DNA from: Acidimicrobiia bacterium
Lineage (GTDB): Bacteria > Actinomycetota > Acidimicrobiia > Spongiisociales > UBA5794
Assembly: GCA_051002015.1 (NCBI GenBank)
Contig: JBPCMS010000031.1
Span: 1 to 61,293, forward strand
Length of the DNA stretch: 61,293 nucleotides
Direction: 5' to 3'
Shown: in pieces, positions 1 through 11,185 of the stretch
How the letters are laid out: each line of letters begins with the position of its first letter
How positions within the stretch are numbered: the stretch's first letter is position 1
The notes under the pieces: generated by a model
Databases searched by the model: none
The model's input: the letters and a program-made list of their open reading frames with translations, nothing else
Told to the model about the DNA's origin: nothing
Translations under genes and position numbers: made by a program

Positions 1-34
1 CCCGGCTGTACCGCGACGTTCCATTGGGGGGTTC

Positions 35-1144
35 ATGGCGACCGCGCCAGCTTCCGATGCCGGCCTCATCGGCATCGTGCTCACCGACAGCCCGGATGTG
101 ATCGACTCGATCGGCCGGCCCGGGCTGCTCGCCACCCGCACCGGGGACCCGGTCGCGGTGACCGTCGAGCCGAGGCTCCGCACCGACGTTCTCGTCCAGC
201 GGCTGCGTGGCGACCGCGAGATCCCCGGAGACGTGCCGGTCGGCGCCGCCCGGTGGCTGGCCGCCGCCACCAGCACCGCCTTCCGGTCGGCCAAGGTGGC
301 GGCCATCTCCCTGGTCGCCGAGCTGTCGACCGCCGTGTACCGCCACCTCGATTCCGGGCTGCTCTTCGAAGTGGGAGATGGCGAGCCGATCGACGAGGAG
401 ACGGGGCGCTGGCTGGCCGAGCGGTGCCAGCCGGTGGGGCCGATCGACGAGCAGGCCACCGCAGCCAACCTGGAGACCGCGGTCGGGCTGCTCGGCGCCG
501 ACACCCGGCTCGTGGTCTACAACCTCTCCACCTTCGTCCCCGACGGCGACGACATCGAGAGCGCCATCGCCTTCGCCGACAGGGCCCAGCGCCTCGACCT
601 CGCCCTGGCCAGGGCGGCGGGGACCAGCCCGATCCTGGTGGTCGATGCCGACCGCATCGTGGCCGAGCTGGGCGCCGGCGACCACGTCACCGCCCCCGGC
701 CGGTACAGCGCCGAGGCGGCCAACGAGATCAGCGAGGAGGCGGTGGCCCAGATCGACGCCCTCGGGGTGCTCGACCCGATGACCTCGGAGCTGGCGCTGC
801 TGGTGATCCCCCGCTACGACCGCCGCACCCAGTCGGGTTCGATCACCCGCTGGTACAAGCGGACCGGAGACGCCGTCGGTCCCGGGGACGTCCTGTTCGA
901 CATCGAGTTCGGTGGGCTTGCCGCCAACCTGGGCGCCACCAGGGACGTCAAGATGAAGACAAGGGTGATGACCCTCGGCGTGGTTGCTGGAGACGCCGGC
1001 CACCTGCTCGTGGTGTCACCCACCACCGATGTCTCGGTGGGCGACCCGGTGGCGGTGGTGGGGGCCCGTCCCGACCTCGATCCGAGCGATACCGACGAGC
1101 TGACCCCGCACTTCCGGGTCGGGCTGCGGGTGGTGGAGCGATGA
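35..1144 (+). CDS. SGNH-like fold protein (no DxxH) fused to a C-terminal lipoyl/biotinyl-attachment-like domain
   Basis: C-terminus 'IPRYDRRTQSGSITRWYKRTGDAVGPGDVLFDIE...DVSVGDPVAVV' follows the lipoyl-domain pattern. The N-terminal part aligns by eye with the next ORF. The stop overlaps the next ATG (ATGA). The start could lie upstream of the window. Confidence 0.6.
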   Translation: MATAPASDAGLIGIVLTDSPDVIDSIGRPGLLATRTGDPVAVTVEPRLRTDVLVQRLRGDREIPGDVPVGAARWLAAATSTAFRSAKVAAISLVAELSTAVYRHLDSGLLFEVGDGEPIDEETGRWLAERCQPVGPIDEQATAANLETAVGLLGADTRLVVYNLSTFVPDGDDIESAIAFADRAQRLDLALARAAGTSPILVVDADRIVAELGAGDHVTAPGRYSAEAANEISEEAVAQIDALGVLDPMTSELALLVIPRYDRRTQSGSITRWYKRTGDAVGPGDVLFDIEFGGLAANLGATRDVKMKTRVMTLGVVAGDAGHLLVVSPTTDVSVGDPVAVVGARPDLDPSDTDELTPHFRVGLRVVER

Positions 1145-2136
1145 GCGGACCTATCAACAACGGGCCCCCCACCAACCCCATCTCGCTCAAGATCGTCCGC
1201 AAGATGTTCGGGCGGCTCAGCGGCCCGGAGGAGAAGCTGCGCAAGATGCGCAACACGGTGCGGATGCAGCGGGGCAAGGCGCTGTACCGCACCAACCTGT
1301 ACGTGGGCAACATCCGGGCCAAGCGCAAGGTGGGGATCTACGGCTTCGGGGGCTGTGACCTCACGTTCCTCGCCGGCTCCGGGCACCTGATCCAGCCACG
1401 GCTCGACGCCTCGCTGTGCATCAACCGGGCCAGCGCCGTCGAGGGCGTCCGCTCCGACTTCGTGCTCCAAGGGCTCGACGGTGTCGACGGCCCCGCGCTC
1501 GACGAGGTGGTCGACAGGCTCGACCTCGACCGGGGCTCGTTCACCTCGACCCTGTTCGAGCCCCGCTTCACGGTTCCCGACCATCCCCGGTTGGGCACCT
1601 ATCCCAAGGACATCGTGGTGCTGAGCATCGCCGCCGATCTCTCCCGCACCCTTTACGAGCACCGTACCGACCGCCTGCTGATCGACCCGGGCGGCTGGTG
1701 GCTCAACGCCGACATGACCCAGGTGCTCGGCGACCTCGACCGGGTGAAGTGGTTCTCGTCGGCGTTCAAGAAGGCCGGCAAGATCTCCCTCGACGGGTAC
1801 CTCGACAACCTGACCAGGATCGTCAAGGAGCTGCGGGAGCGGACCGGGGCGCTGGTGATGGTGTGCAACACCCTGGTGGTCGACCCGGGGACCGGAGCGG
1901 TCGACTACCAGTTCTCCAACAGCCCGGCAACGGTGCGGCGGCGTGAGTTCGCCATCGGGCTGCGGGAGGCGTCGCACGACGCCGGGTTCGTGGTGCTCGA
2001 CGTCGATCGGGTGGCCAAGCGGTCGGGTATCTCGGGCCAGGCCGACTTCGTGCACTACACCACCGACCAGAAGCAGGCGCTCCGCCACGAGTTCATGCGG
2101 CTGGTCGAGCGCCACACCACGCTGCTCGGCCCCTGA
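1141..2136 (+). CDS. SGNH/GDSL-like hypothetical protein (331 aa)
   Basis: ATG at 1141 overlaps the upstream stop. Has a GGCD motif after the first beta strand, 'YLDNLTRIVKELR..ALVMVCN', 'VLDVDRV' and a C-terminal DFVH (DxxH). Codon usage is typical of high-GC coding. Confidence 0.6.
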   Translation: MSGPINNGPPTNPISLKIVRKMFGRLSGPEEKLRKMRNTVRMQRGKALYRTNLYVGNIRAKRKVGIYGFGGCDLTFLAGSGHLIQPRLDASLCINRASAVEGVRSDFVLQGLDGVDGPALDEVVDRLDLDRGSFTSTLFEPRFTVPDHPRLGTYPKDIVVLSIAADLSRTLYEHRTDRLLIDPGGWWLNADMTQVLGDLDRVKWFSSAFKKAGKISLDGYLDNLTRIVKELRERTGALVMVCNTLVVDPGTGAVDYQFSNSPATVRRREFAIGLREASHDAGFVVLDVDRVAKRSGISGQADFVHYTTDQKQALRHEFMRLVERHTTLLGP

Positions 2137-2177
2137 CCCCGGCGGGGCGGGCCGGCGATGGCGGTAGGTTCGGGTCG

Positions 2178-5100
2178 ATGCTGACCGCTCCCCTGGCGGT
2201 GATGGCCCGGCTGTGGCCCAAGGACCGGCTCCCCGACATCCCCGGAAGGGCGGCGGTGCCGCCGTCGCTGCGCGCCCTGCTGCTGGCGGCGATGGCGGCC
2301 GCCGACGACCGACCCGTCCTCGCCGTGGTGCCGGGCGAGCATGAGGCCGAGGACCTGGTGGATGACCTCGCCCTGTTCCTCGACCGTCCGCTGCTCCTGC
2401 CCGCCTGGGGCACCCTCCCCTTCGAGCACATCTCACCCAACGTGAGCACGATGGCGGCACGGGCCGAGGCTCGGCACCGGTTGATCGAACAGGTCCCGGG
2501 GACGGTGGTGGTGGCGTCGGTGCGGGCCGCCATCCAGCGGGTCAGCCCCACCCGGATCGCCCCGGTGACGCTGACCATCGGAACCGAGGCCGACTTCGAC
2601 GGGATCATCGACGACCTGGTGGCGATGGGCTACACCCGGACCGACCGGGTCGAGTCCCGGGGTGAGCTGGCCACCAGGGGCGGGATCATCGACGTGTACC
2701 CGGCCCAGTCGGACACCCCGCGTCGTATCGAGTTCTGGGGCGACGAGATCACCGACATCAGGACCTTCGCCACCGCCAACCAGCGGGCGCTGGACTCGGT
2801 TACCGAGGTCACCTGCTACCCGGCCCGGGAGCTGATGCCCGATCCGGGGGTGGTGGCCACCGCCACCGGGCTGCTCCGGTCCGAGCCGTGGGCGGCGGCC
2901 ACCTGGGACCGGGTGATCGCCGGGGTGACCTTCCCCGGGCTGGAGAGCTGGCTGCCCTGGCTGGCACCGGAGCGGTCGGCGGTCGACGAGGCGCCGGGGG
3001 CCAGGCTGGTGGTGTTCGATGCGGTCCAGGCCAACGCCCGCGCCACCGAGCTGCGCACCGAGGAGGAGGACCTGGCCGCCGCCCTGGCCGGCACCTGGGG
3101 CGAGACCGCCCCCCCGGCCGGGGAGCATCCGCTGCTGTACATTCCCGTCGCCGCCGCCATCGAGGCCAGGGGCCACCTCGACGCCCCACCCGCACCGATC
3201 GGTCCCGGTGACAATGCGTACGTGGTGCGGGGGCTCGACGCCGTGCCCGGAGACCCGGAGTCGGTTGGCGCCGCCATCGCTAGGTGGCGGAAGCGCCGGG
3301 TCGACGTGGTCATCGCCATGGACGGCGCCGGCGCCGCCGAGCGGGTGGCCCGCCTGCTCGGCGAGGCCGGCTACCCGATCCCCAGGCTCGACACCCTGGA
3401 GTCGGTGGAGCCTGCGGTGCTCCCCTTCGGGATCCACCGCGGGTTCGTCGCCGACTGGCTCGGGCTCGGCGTCGTCGGTGAGCAGGAGATCGCCGGGCGG
3501 AGACGGTCGCACCGCCGGTACGGGTCCCGCCGCCCCGGCGACATCGGCGAGGGGTACCGTGACCTGCGGCCCGGCGACCACGTGGTCCACCACCACCATG
3601 GGATCGGCCGGTTCGAGGGGCTGGTCCACCGCCAGATCTCGGGTGTCGAGCGCGACTACCTGCTCATCGCCTATCACGGCGACGACCGCCTCTACGTCCC
3701 CACCGACCAGCTCGCCGCGGTCAGGCGCTACACCGGAGGCGAGACCCCGCGCCTGTCCCGCATGGGGGGCGCCGACTGGGCAACCACCCGGTCCAGGGTG
3801 CGCCAGGCGGTGGCCGTCGTCGCCGAGCAGGTGGTCGACCTCCACCGCCGCCGGGCCCGGGCGGTGGGCCATCCGTTCACCGCCGACACCCCGTGGCAGA
3901 CCGAGTTCGAGGCGTCGTTCCCCTACGAGGAGACCGCAGATCAGCTCACCGCCATCGCCGAGATCAAGACGGACATGGAGGGCGCCGAGCCCATGGACCG
4001 GCTGGTGTTCGGCGACGTCGGCTTCGGCAAGACCGAGGTGGCGATGCGGGCGGCGATGAAGGCGGTGCAGAACGGCAAGCAGGTGGCGGTGCTGGTACCC
4101 ACCACGCTGCTCGCCCAGCAGCACCAGGCCACCTTCACCGATCGGTTCGAGCCGTACCCGGTGCGGGTGGAGACACTGAGCCGCTTCCTCACCGGTGCCG
4201 AGCAGCGAGCCGTCGTCTCCGGGGTCGCCGCCGGTGACGTCGATGTCGTCATCGGCACCCATCGGCTGCTCTCGGCAGACGTCCGATTCAAGGATCTGGG
4301 GCTGCTGGTCGTCGACGAGGAGCAGCGGTTCGGGGTGGCGGCCAAGGATCAGATCAAGCGGTTCCGCACCTCGGTCGATGTGCTCACCCTCACCGCCACC
4401 CCCATCCCGCGCACCCTGGAGATGGCGCTGACCGGGATCCGCGAGGTGAGCAGCATCCGCACCCCCCCGGTCGACCGGCATCCCATCCTGACCTATGTCG
4501 GCCCATACGACGAGCAGACGGTGTCGGCGGCGATCAGGCGCGAGCTGCTGCGCGAGGGCCAGGTGTTCTATGTCCACAACCGGGTGCAGTCGATCGACCA
4601 TGCCCTGACCCGGCTGCGCGCCCTGGTCCCCGACGCCCGCTACGCCGTTGCCCACGGGCAGATGAGCGAAGGCCAGCTGGAGCAGGTGATGGTCGAGTTC
4701 TGGAACGGCGAGCACGACGTGCTGGTGGCCACCACCATCATCGAATCCGGGCTCGACCTGCCCCAGGTGAACACGCTGATCGTGGAGCGGGCAGACCGGC
4801 TCGGGCTGGCCCAGCTCTACCAGCTGCGGGGTCGGGTGGGGCGGTCGAGCCAGCGGGCCTACGCCTATCTGTTCCACCCCGAGGCGGAGCGACTCACCGA
4901 GGACGCCTACCGCAGGCTGGAGGCGATCGGCCGCTTCGCCGAGCTCGGCTCGGGGTTCGACCTGGCCATGCGCGACCTGGAGATCCGGGGGGCGGGCAGC
5001 ATCCTGGGCGAGACCCAGGCGGGGCACATCTCGGCCGTGGGTTTCGACCTGTACATCGAGCTGGTGGCCGACGCCGTCGGCGAGCTCAAGGGAGAGCCGG

Positions 5101-5540
5101 TGGTGGAGGACGATCTGCCCCAGGTGCGGATCGATCTCCCCGTCGACGCCCATCTCCCCGTCGATTACATCGAGGGCGCCGACGAGCGGCTCGAGGCATA
5201 CCGCCGGCTGGCCTCCGCCGCCACCGCCGGCGATGTCGAGGATGTCATCGCCGAGTGGCGGGACCGCTTCGGCGAGCTGCCCGAGCCGGCGGCGGCGCTG
5301 GTCGACGTCGCCCGGCTCCGGGTCGAGGCGATCAGGGTGGGATTGGCCGAGATCGTCAAGGTTCGGGACGAGGTGCGGCTGTCGCCCGTCACCCTTCGTG
5401 CCTCCGAGGAGGTGAGGCTGTCACGGCTGGCTCCGAGAGCGGTGGTGCGAGGCGACGTGCTGTACATCACCGCCCCTCGCTCCGAGCCGGTGAACGGGCT
5501 GCTGGGCTTCGTTCGTAAGATGTGGCCCCAGCCGGAGTGA
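2178..5540 (+). CDS. mfd: transcription-repair coupling factor
   Basis: UvrB-homology N-terminus, CarD/RID 'GDHVVHHHHGIGRF', 'GDVGFGKTEVA', DEEQRFGV, 'QLRGRVGRS', 'DLEIRGAG' and a TRCF C-terminal domain. Confidence 0.98.
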   Translation: MLTAPLAVMARLWPKDRLPDIPGRAAVPPSLRALLLAAMAAADDRPVLAVVPGEHEAEDLVDDLALFLDRPLLLPAWGTLPFEHISPNVSTMAARAEARHRLIEQVPGTVVVASVRAAIQRVSPTRIAPVTLTIGTEADFDGIIDDLVAMGYTRTDRVESRGELATRGGIIDVYPAQSDTPRRIEFWGDEITDIRTFATANQRALDSVTEVTCYPARELMPDPGVVATATGLLRSEPWAAATWDRVIAGVTFPGLESWLPWLAPERSAVDEAPGARLVVFDAVQANARATELRTEEEDLAAALAGTWGETAPPAGEHPLLYIPVAAAIEARGHLDAPPAPIGPGDNAYVVRGLDAVPGDPESVGAAIARWRKRRVDVVIAMDGAGAAERVARLLGEAGYPIPRLDTLESVEPAVLPFGIHRGFVADWLGLGVVGEQEIAGRRRSHRRYGSRRPGDIGEGYRDLRPGDHVVHHHHGIGRFEGLVHRQISGVERDYLLIAYHGDDRLYVPTDQLAAVRRYTGGETPRLSRMGGADWATTRSRVRQAVAVVAEQVVDLHRRRARAVGHPFTADTPWQTEFEASFPYEETADQLTAIAEIKTDMEGAEPMDRLVFGDVGFGKTEVAMRAAMKAVQNGKQVAVLVPTTLLAQQHQATFTDRFEPYPVRVETLSRFLTGAEQRAVVSGVAAGDVDVVIGTHRLLSADVRFKDLGLLVVDEEQRFGVAAKDQIKRFRTSVDVLTLTATPIPRTLEMALTGIREVSSIRTPPVDRHPILTYVGPYDEQTVSAAIRRELLREGQVFYVHNRVQSIDHALTRLRALVPDARYAVAHGQMSEGQLEQVMVEFWNGEHDVLVATTIIESGLDLPQVNTLIVERADRLGLAQLYQLRGRVGRSSQRAYAYLFHPEAERLTEDAYRRLEAIGRFAELGSGFDLAMRDLEIRGAGSILGETQAGHISAVGFDLYIELVADAVGELKGEPVVEDDLPQVRIDLPVDAHLPVDYIEGADERLEAYRRLASAATAGDVEDVIAEWRDRFGELPEPAAALVDVARLRVEAIRVGLAEIVKVRDEVRLSPVTLRASEEVRLSRLAPRAVVRGDVLYITAPRSEPVNGLLGFVRKMWPQPE

Positions 5541-5557
5541 GGTCGGTGGTGACGGGT

Positions 5558-6475
5558 ATGTGGATCAGGGTTCGGGGCCCGGTGGCAGCCGTGGCGATCG
5601 GCGCCGTGCTGGTCGCCGGATGCTCCTCGGCCTCCGATCTGGCCACCGTCGACGGGGTCGGCATTTCCCAAGGGGACGTGCTCGCCATGAGGGCGCCGGT
5701 GGAAGGCCCGACCGCTCCGGCGGCGACGGTGCGTCAGGATCTCTCCACGCTGATCCTCGAGCAGTCGCTGGCGTCCGCCGCCGAGGAGCAGTTCGGTGTC
5801 GTCTTCACCACCGCCGAGGTGGAGGCAAGGCTCGCCGATCCGCCCGACCGGTACGTCCAGCTCTTCGAGCAGCTCGCCGCCGACCCCGCCGTCGGGGAGG
5901 GTCTCACCGAGCTCAACGCCCGGTTCACCCTGGTGCGGGACGCCGTCATTCCCGAGCTACTGCTCGAGCAGCGCGGGTCGTACCGGGCCGTCATCGAGGA
6001 ATCCCCGGGCCTGGTGATGCGGGCCTGCGTCAGCCACATCGTGGTGGCCACCGAGGTGGACGCCCACGATGTGCTCACCCGCCTCACCGCCGACGAGGAC
6101 TTCGCCACGGTCGCCGCCGAGGTGTCGCTGGACCAGCAGAGCCCCGGCGGTGTGCTCCAGGATCTGCAGGGTTGCCTGATCCACCACGGCCAGATGGGGG
6201 GCGAGTTCGTCGAGGGTGTGATCGCCGCCCCGCTCGGGGAGCCCGCCGGCCCGCTGTCCACATCGTCCGGGTTCCACGTGCTCGTGGTGGACGAGCGGTC
6301 GATGCCCACCCCTGAGGAGATGGCGGCCGATCCGATGGTGTACCTCGACGCCGCCACGGCCAACGACCTGATGGGGCCGTGGTTCATCGAAGCCGTCGCC
6401 TCCGCCGACGTCGACGTGCGCTCCACGGTCGGGGTCTGGTCGGCGGAGAGCTCGTCCGTCGTTGCCGCCCAGTGA
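5558..6475 (+). CDS. parvulin/PrsA-like peptidylprolyl isomerase lipoprotein
   Basis: Lipobox LVAGC; rotamase motifs 'SHIVV', 'DFATVAAEVSLD' and 'GFHVL'; lies between mfd and mazG. Confidence 0.8.
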   Translation: MWIRVRGPVAAVAIGAVLVAGCSSASDLATVDGVGISQGDVLAMRAPVEGPTAPAATVRQDLSTLILEQSLASAAEEQFGVVFTTAEVEARLADPPDRYVQLFEQLAADPAVGEGLTELNARFTLVRDAVIPELLLEQRGSYRAVIEESPGLVMRACVSHIVVATEVDAHDVLTRLTADEDFATVAAEVSLDQQSPGGVLQDLQGCLIHHGQMGGEFVEGVIAAPLGEPAGPLSTSSGFHVLVVDERSMPTPEEMAADPMVYLDAATANDLMGPWFIEAVASADVDVRSTVGVWSAESSSVVAAQ

Positions 6476-7929
6476 GGCCCGACATCCTGGTGCTGGGGTT
6501 GGGCCCGGCCGGGTTGGACCGGCTGCCCGCCACCGCCATGGAGGTTCTCGCCGACCCGGATGTCGCCGTGGTGGTCCGGACCTTGCACCATCCCGCCGCC
6601 GCCGAGCTGGCGAAGCGGCGCGAGATCACCTCGTGCGACGACCTCTACCAGACCTCCCCCGGGTTCGATGCGCTGTACCGGGCGATTGCGGTGCGGGTGG
6701 TGTCGCTGGCGGTGGAGCAGCCGGTGGTGTACGCCGTCCCCGGGTCGGCCATGGTGGGGGAGCGCAGCGTTCCGCTGGTGCTGGCCGAGGCGGAGGCGGC
6801 CGGACGGCGGGTGGAGGTCCGCCCCGGCGAGTCGTTCCTCGATCTGGTGTGGACCGCCACCCGGTGCGATCCCATCGCCCGCGGCGCCCAAGTACTCGAC
6901 GGGCGGGCGCTGCCCGACCCGCTCCAGCTCCATCTCCCCACGGTGGTGACCCAGGTCGACCGTCCCCAGGTGCTCGCCGACCTGGCGGCGGTGCTGGGGC
7001 GGGTACTCCCCGACGAAACCCCGGTCACGGTGCTCGACCGGCTGGGCGAGCCCGACCAGATGGTGGAGACGGTGCCGCTCCACGATCTCGCCCGCCATCC
7101 CGGCGGCCCCCGAACCAGCCTTTTCCTTGATCCCCCACCCAACGGCTGGTACGGACTGGTGACCACCAACCGGCGGCTGCGCGCCGAATGCCCATGGGAT
7201 CGGGAGCAGACCCACCATACGCTGGTTACCCATCTCATCGAGGAGGCGTTCGAGACGGTCGAGGCGCTGGGCGCCCTCTCCGATACCGCCCCCGCCGGAG
7301 TCGACGACCCGGTTGTCTACGCCGCCGTCGAGGAGGAGTTGGGCGATCTGCTGTTGCAGACCGTGTTTCACGCCACCCTGGCCGACGAGGCGGGCATGTT
7401 TGGGGTGGAGGAGGTGGCCGAGGGCATCCGCCGCAAGCTGGTCAGGCGTCACCCCCACGTCTTCGGCGACGCCGCCGCCCACGACGCCGAAGCCGTGCTC
7501 GCCCGCTGGGAGACGTTGAAGGCCGAGGAGAAGCAGCGGGAGTCGCTGCTGGACGGCATTCCCCGGGCGATGCCGGCACTGTCCCGGGCGGAGAAGCTGC
7601 AGAGCCGGGTGGCGACGGTCGGATTCGACCGGACCGACCGTGCCGCCGTACTGGCCAAGCTGGGCGAGCGGATCGACCAGCTGGCCGTGGTGCTCGACGA
7701 CCCGGAGCGGGGCGGCGATGGGCTCGGCGACGTCCTCTTCACGGTGGTCAACCTGGCCCGGCACCTGTCCGTGGACCCCGAGCTGGCATTCCGCAGAGCC
7801 AACGACCGCTTCGAGACCCGGTTCCGCCGAGTCGAGGAGCTGGCCGCCGCCCAAGGCGCCGACATGTCCGCCCTGTCCCCCGACCAGCTCGACAAGCTGT
7901 GGGATCGCGCCAGGAACCACCCCCACTGA
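6472..7929 (+). CDS. mazG: MazG nucleoside triphosphate pyrophosphohydrolase with N-terminal tetrapyrrole-methylase-like domain (YabN type)
   Basis: GTG overlaps the upstream stop; 'VLGLGPAG', 'CPWDREQTH', 'EEAFE', 'EELGDLLLQ', 'KLVRRHPHVF'. Confidence 0.93.
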   Translation: MRPDILVLGLGPAGLDRLPATAMEVLADPDVAVVVRTLHHPAAAELAKRREITSCDDLYQTSPGFDALYRAIAVRVVSLAVEQPVVYAVPGSAMVGERSVPLVLAEAEAAGRRVEVRPGESFLDLVWTATRCDPIARGAQVLDGRALPDPLQLHLPTVVTQVDRPQVLADLAAVLGRVLPDETPVTVLDRLGEPDQMVETVPLHDLARHPGGPRTSLFLDPPPNGWYGLVTTNRRLRAECPWDREQTHHTLVTHLIEEAFETVEALGALSDTAPAGVDDPVVYAAVEEELGDLLLQTVFHATLADEAGMFGVEEVAEGIRRKLVRRHPHVFGDAAAHDAEAVLARWETLKAEEKQRESLLDGIPRAMPALSRAEKLQSRVATVGFDRTDRAAVLAKLGERIDQLAVVLDDPERGGDGLGDVLFTVVNLARHLSVDPELAFRRANDRFETRFRRVEELAAAQGADMSALSPDQLDKLWDRARNHPH

Positions 7930-7930
7930 T

Positions 7931-7980
7931 TTTCTTAGGACCCGAACGCGTCATATGAGACGCGTTTCGATCCTAAGAAA
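7931..7980. repeat. 50-bp palindromic REP-like repeat, copy 1
   Basis: TTTCTTAGGA-CCCGAA-CGCGTC..GACGCG-TTTCGA-TCCTAAGAAA; related copies at 21741, 39426 and 39499. Confidence 0.9.
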
Positions 7981-8028
7981 ACTCTGGGGCCGTGATATCT
8001 TCGCGGCCCGACGTTCGCCGACCGGTAG

Positions 8029-9735
<1,707 letters not shown>

Positions 9736-9743
<8 letters not shown>

Positions 9744-10263
9744 CCACGACGCCGTGGTCGGCCAACTTGGCCGCCCGCTGCGCTCGGCGATCGGTGTGGC
9801 GGCCCGGTGCCATCTCGGGCTGCCCGTGGTCGTCACCGTGCCCCCACTGCTCGACGACGGCACCCCGTTCCCCACCCGCTCCTGGCTGACGTGCCCGTTG
9901 GCGCGGCGCCGGATCGGACGGCTGGAGGCGGACGGCGGGGTGGCCGCCGCCCAGCACCGCATCGACACCGATCCTCACTTCGCCGCCGCCTACCAACGGG
10001 CGATGGAGCGTTACGCCGCCGAGCGAGATGTCCTGCTCGACCCGGCCTACCCGGGCCCGGTGCCCACCGGGGGTGTCGGGGGCTCGGGCGGTGGGGTCAA
10101 ATGCCTCCACGCCCACTACGCCGATCACGCCGCCGGCAACGACAACCCGGTCGGCGCCGCCCTCGCCCCCGAGGTCGATCCGTTCGAGTGCGTCGTGCCC
10201 TGCGTGGCGGTGGTCGACGGCAGGCCCGGGCCCAACCCGGAATGGTCCGAGCCGCACCGCTGA
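9736..10263 (+). CDS. DUF501 family protein
   Basis: 'GQLGR', 'C..G.P.V', 'DDGTPFPT..WLTCP', 'VKCLHAHYA'; conserved after divIC. Confidence 0.92.
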
Positions 10264-10326
10264 GGCGGTGCCTGGGTATCGGGGCAATGCAACCCGGTCC
10301 GGCACTTGGTGGATGCGGACGCCGGC

Positions 10327-10746
10327 TCAGGCGTCGGTGGGCAGGAGCCTGAACGGCCGGCCTCCGGGAAGGCGCAGGGCGCGGAAGTGGCGTTCGTCCA
10401 ACGTCAGCACGTCGGCGATGCCGAAGCGATCGGCCAGCACCACGAGGGACGCATCCGCAAGCCCGATCCGGAGGTCGGGGTATCGGCCGATGACCCGGTC
10501 GGCGGCGGCGATGTCGCCGGCGTCGAACGGCTCGACACGGTAGACACCCCGCGCTACTTCGCCGAGAAGGGCGCGCCCGGCTGCCTGACCAACCCGTGCC
10601 ACCAGGAGGTAGTCGAGCTCGGCAAGCACGAATGGGGAGAGGATCCATGGCGCCGGGGCAGAGCGGAGCGCTTCTCGCGCCGCGATGTGCCGGTGCTGGC
10701 TGGCGTCGATCGCCGCCAGCAGACCGCTTGTGTCGAGCACGATCAC
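10327..10746 (-). CDS. VapC family PIN-domain toxin
   Basis: 'MIVLDTSGLLA', 'VLAELDY', 'GLADASLVVLA', 'LTLDERHF'. Confidence 0.93.
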   Translation of the reverse strand: MIVLDTSGLLAAIDASQHRHIAAREALRSAPAPWILSPFVLAELDYLLVARVGQAAGRALLGEVARGVYRVEPFDAGDIAAADRVIGRYPDLRIGLADASLVVLADRFGIADVLTLDERHFRALRLPGGRPFRLLPTDA

Positions 10747-10964
10747 CGCTCGCCGAAGCCCTCGAGCAGCTCATCGACGCGCTCGGCCAGATCCGGCTGC
10801 CCGCTCTCGAACAGCGGCAGTGTTGGCTCGGCGACCCGATGCGTGCCCGTCACCAGCCCGATACCCTCGCGGATGAGCGCGGCCTCGCTGCGGCCGGTGG
10901 CCTGCGACACCCGCCGCAACGCCCGCCTCAGTTCAACGGGCAGGTAGACGGTGGTCTTCTCCAT
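10743..10964 (-). CDS. ribbon-helix-helix (CopG/VapB) antitoxin
   Basis: 'MEKTTVYLPVELRRAL...GRSEAALIREGI...LAERVDELLEGFG'; 4-nt overlap with vapC. Confidence 0.88.
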   Translation of the reverse strand: MEKTTVYLPVELRRALRRVSQATGRSEAALIREGIGLVTGTHRVAEPTLPLFESGQPDLAERVDELLEGFGER

Positions 10965-10974
10965 GACACCCAAC

Positions 10975-10997
10975 CGTACCATACGATATATGGCACG
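10975..10997. promoter_or_regulatory. inverted repeat at the vapB promoter (candidate autorepression operator)
   Basis: CGTACCATA-N5-TATGGCACG (1 mismatch), overlapping a minus-strand -10 TACGGT just upstream of the antitoxin ATG. Confidence 0.6.
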
Positions 10998-11185
10998 ACT
11001 GCCCGACGGCGGCCCGGCGCCGAACGCTGGGGGGCGAACCGGGGCGCGAGTCACCGGGACCGGCGGACTCGGACCTTGCCGACGTCCTCTCAACACGGCG
11101 AGCTCGGCCCCGGCCTGGTCGAGGTGGAGGTTGGTGGGCGCAAACCAGGCCTGGAACCCGGCTCCTGAAAGCGTTCCCCTTCGAG

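Noticed and set aside
2433-5153. Very long antisense or alternate-frame ORFs (also 26777-29839, 29173-32280, 39937-42432, 58202-61165)
   Set aside because: These are shadow ORFs opposite well-supported genes, expected at high GC, and show no recognisable motifs.
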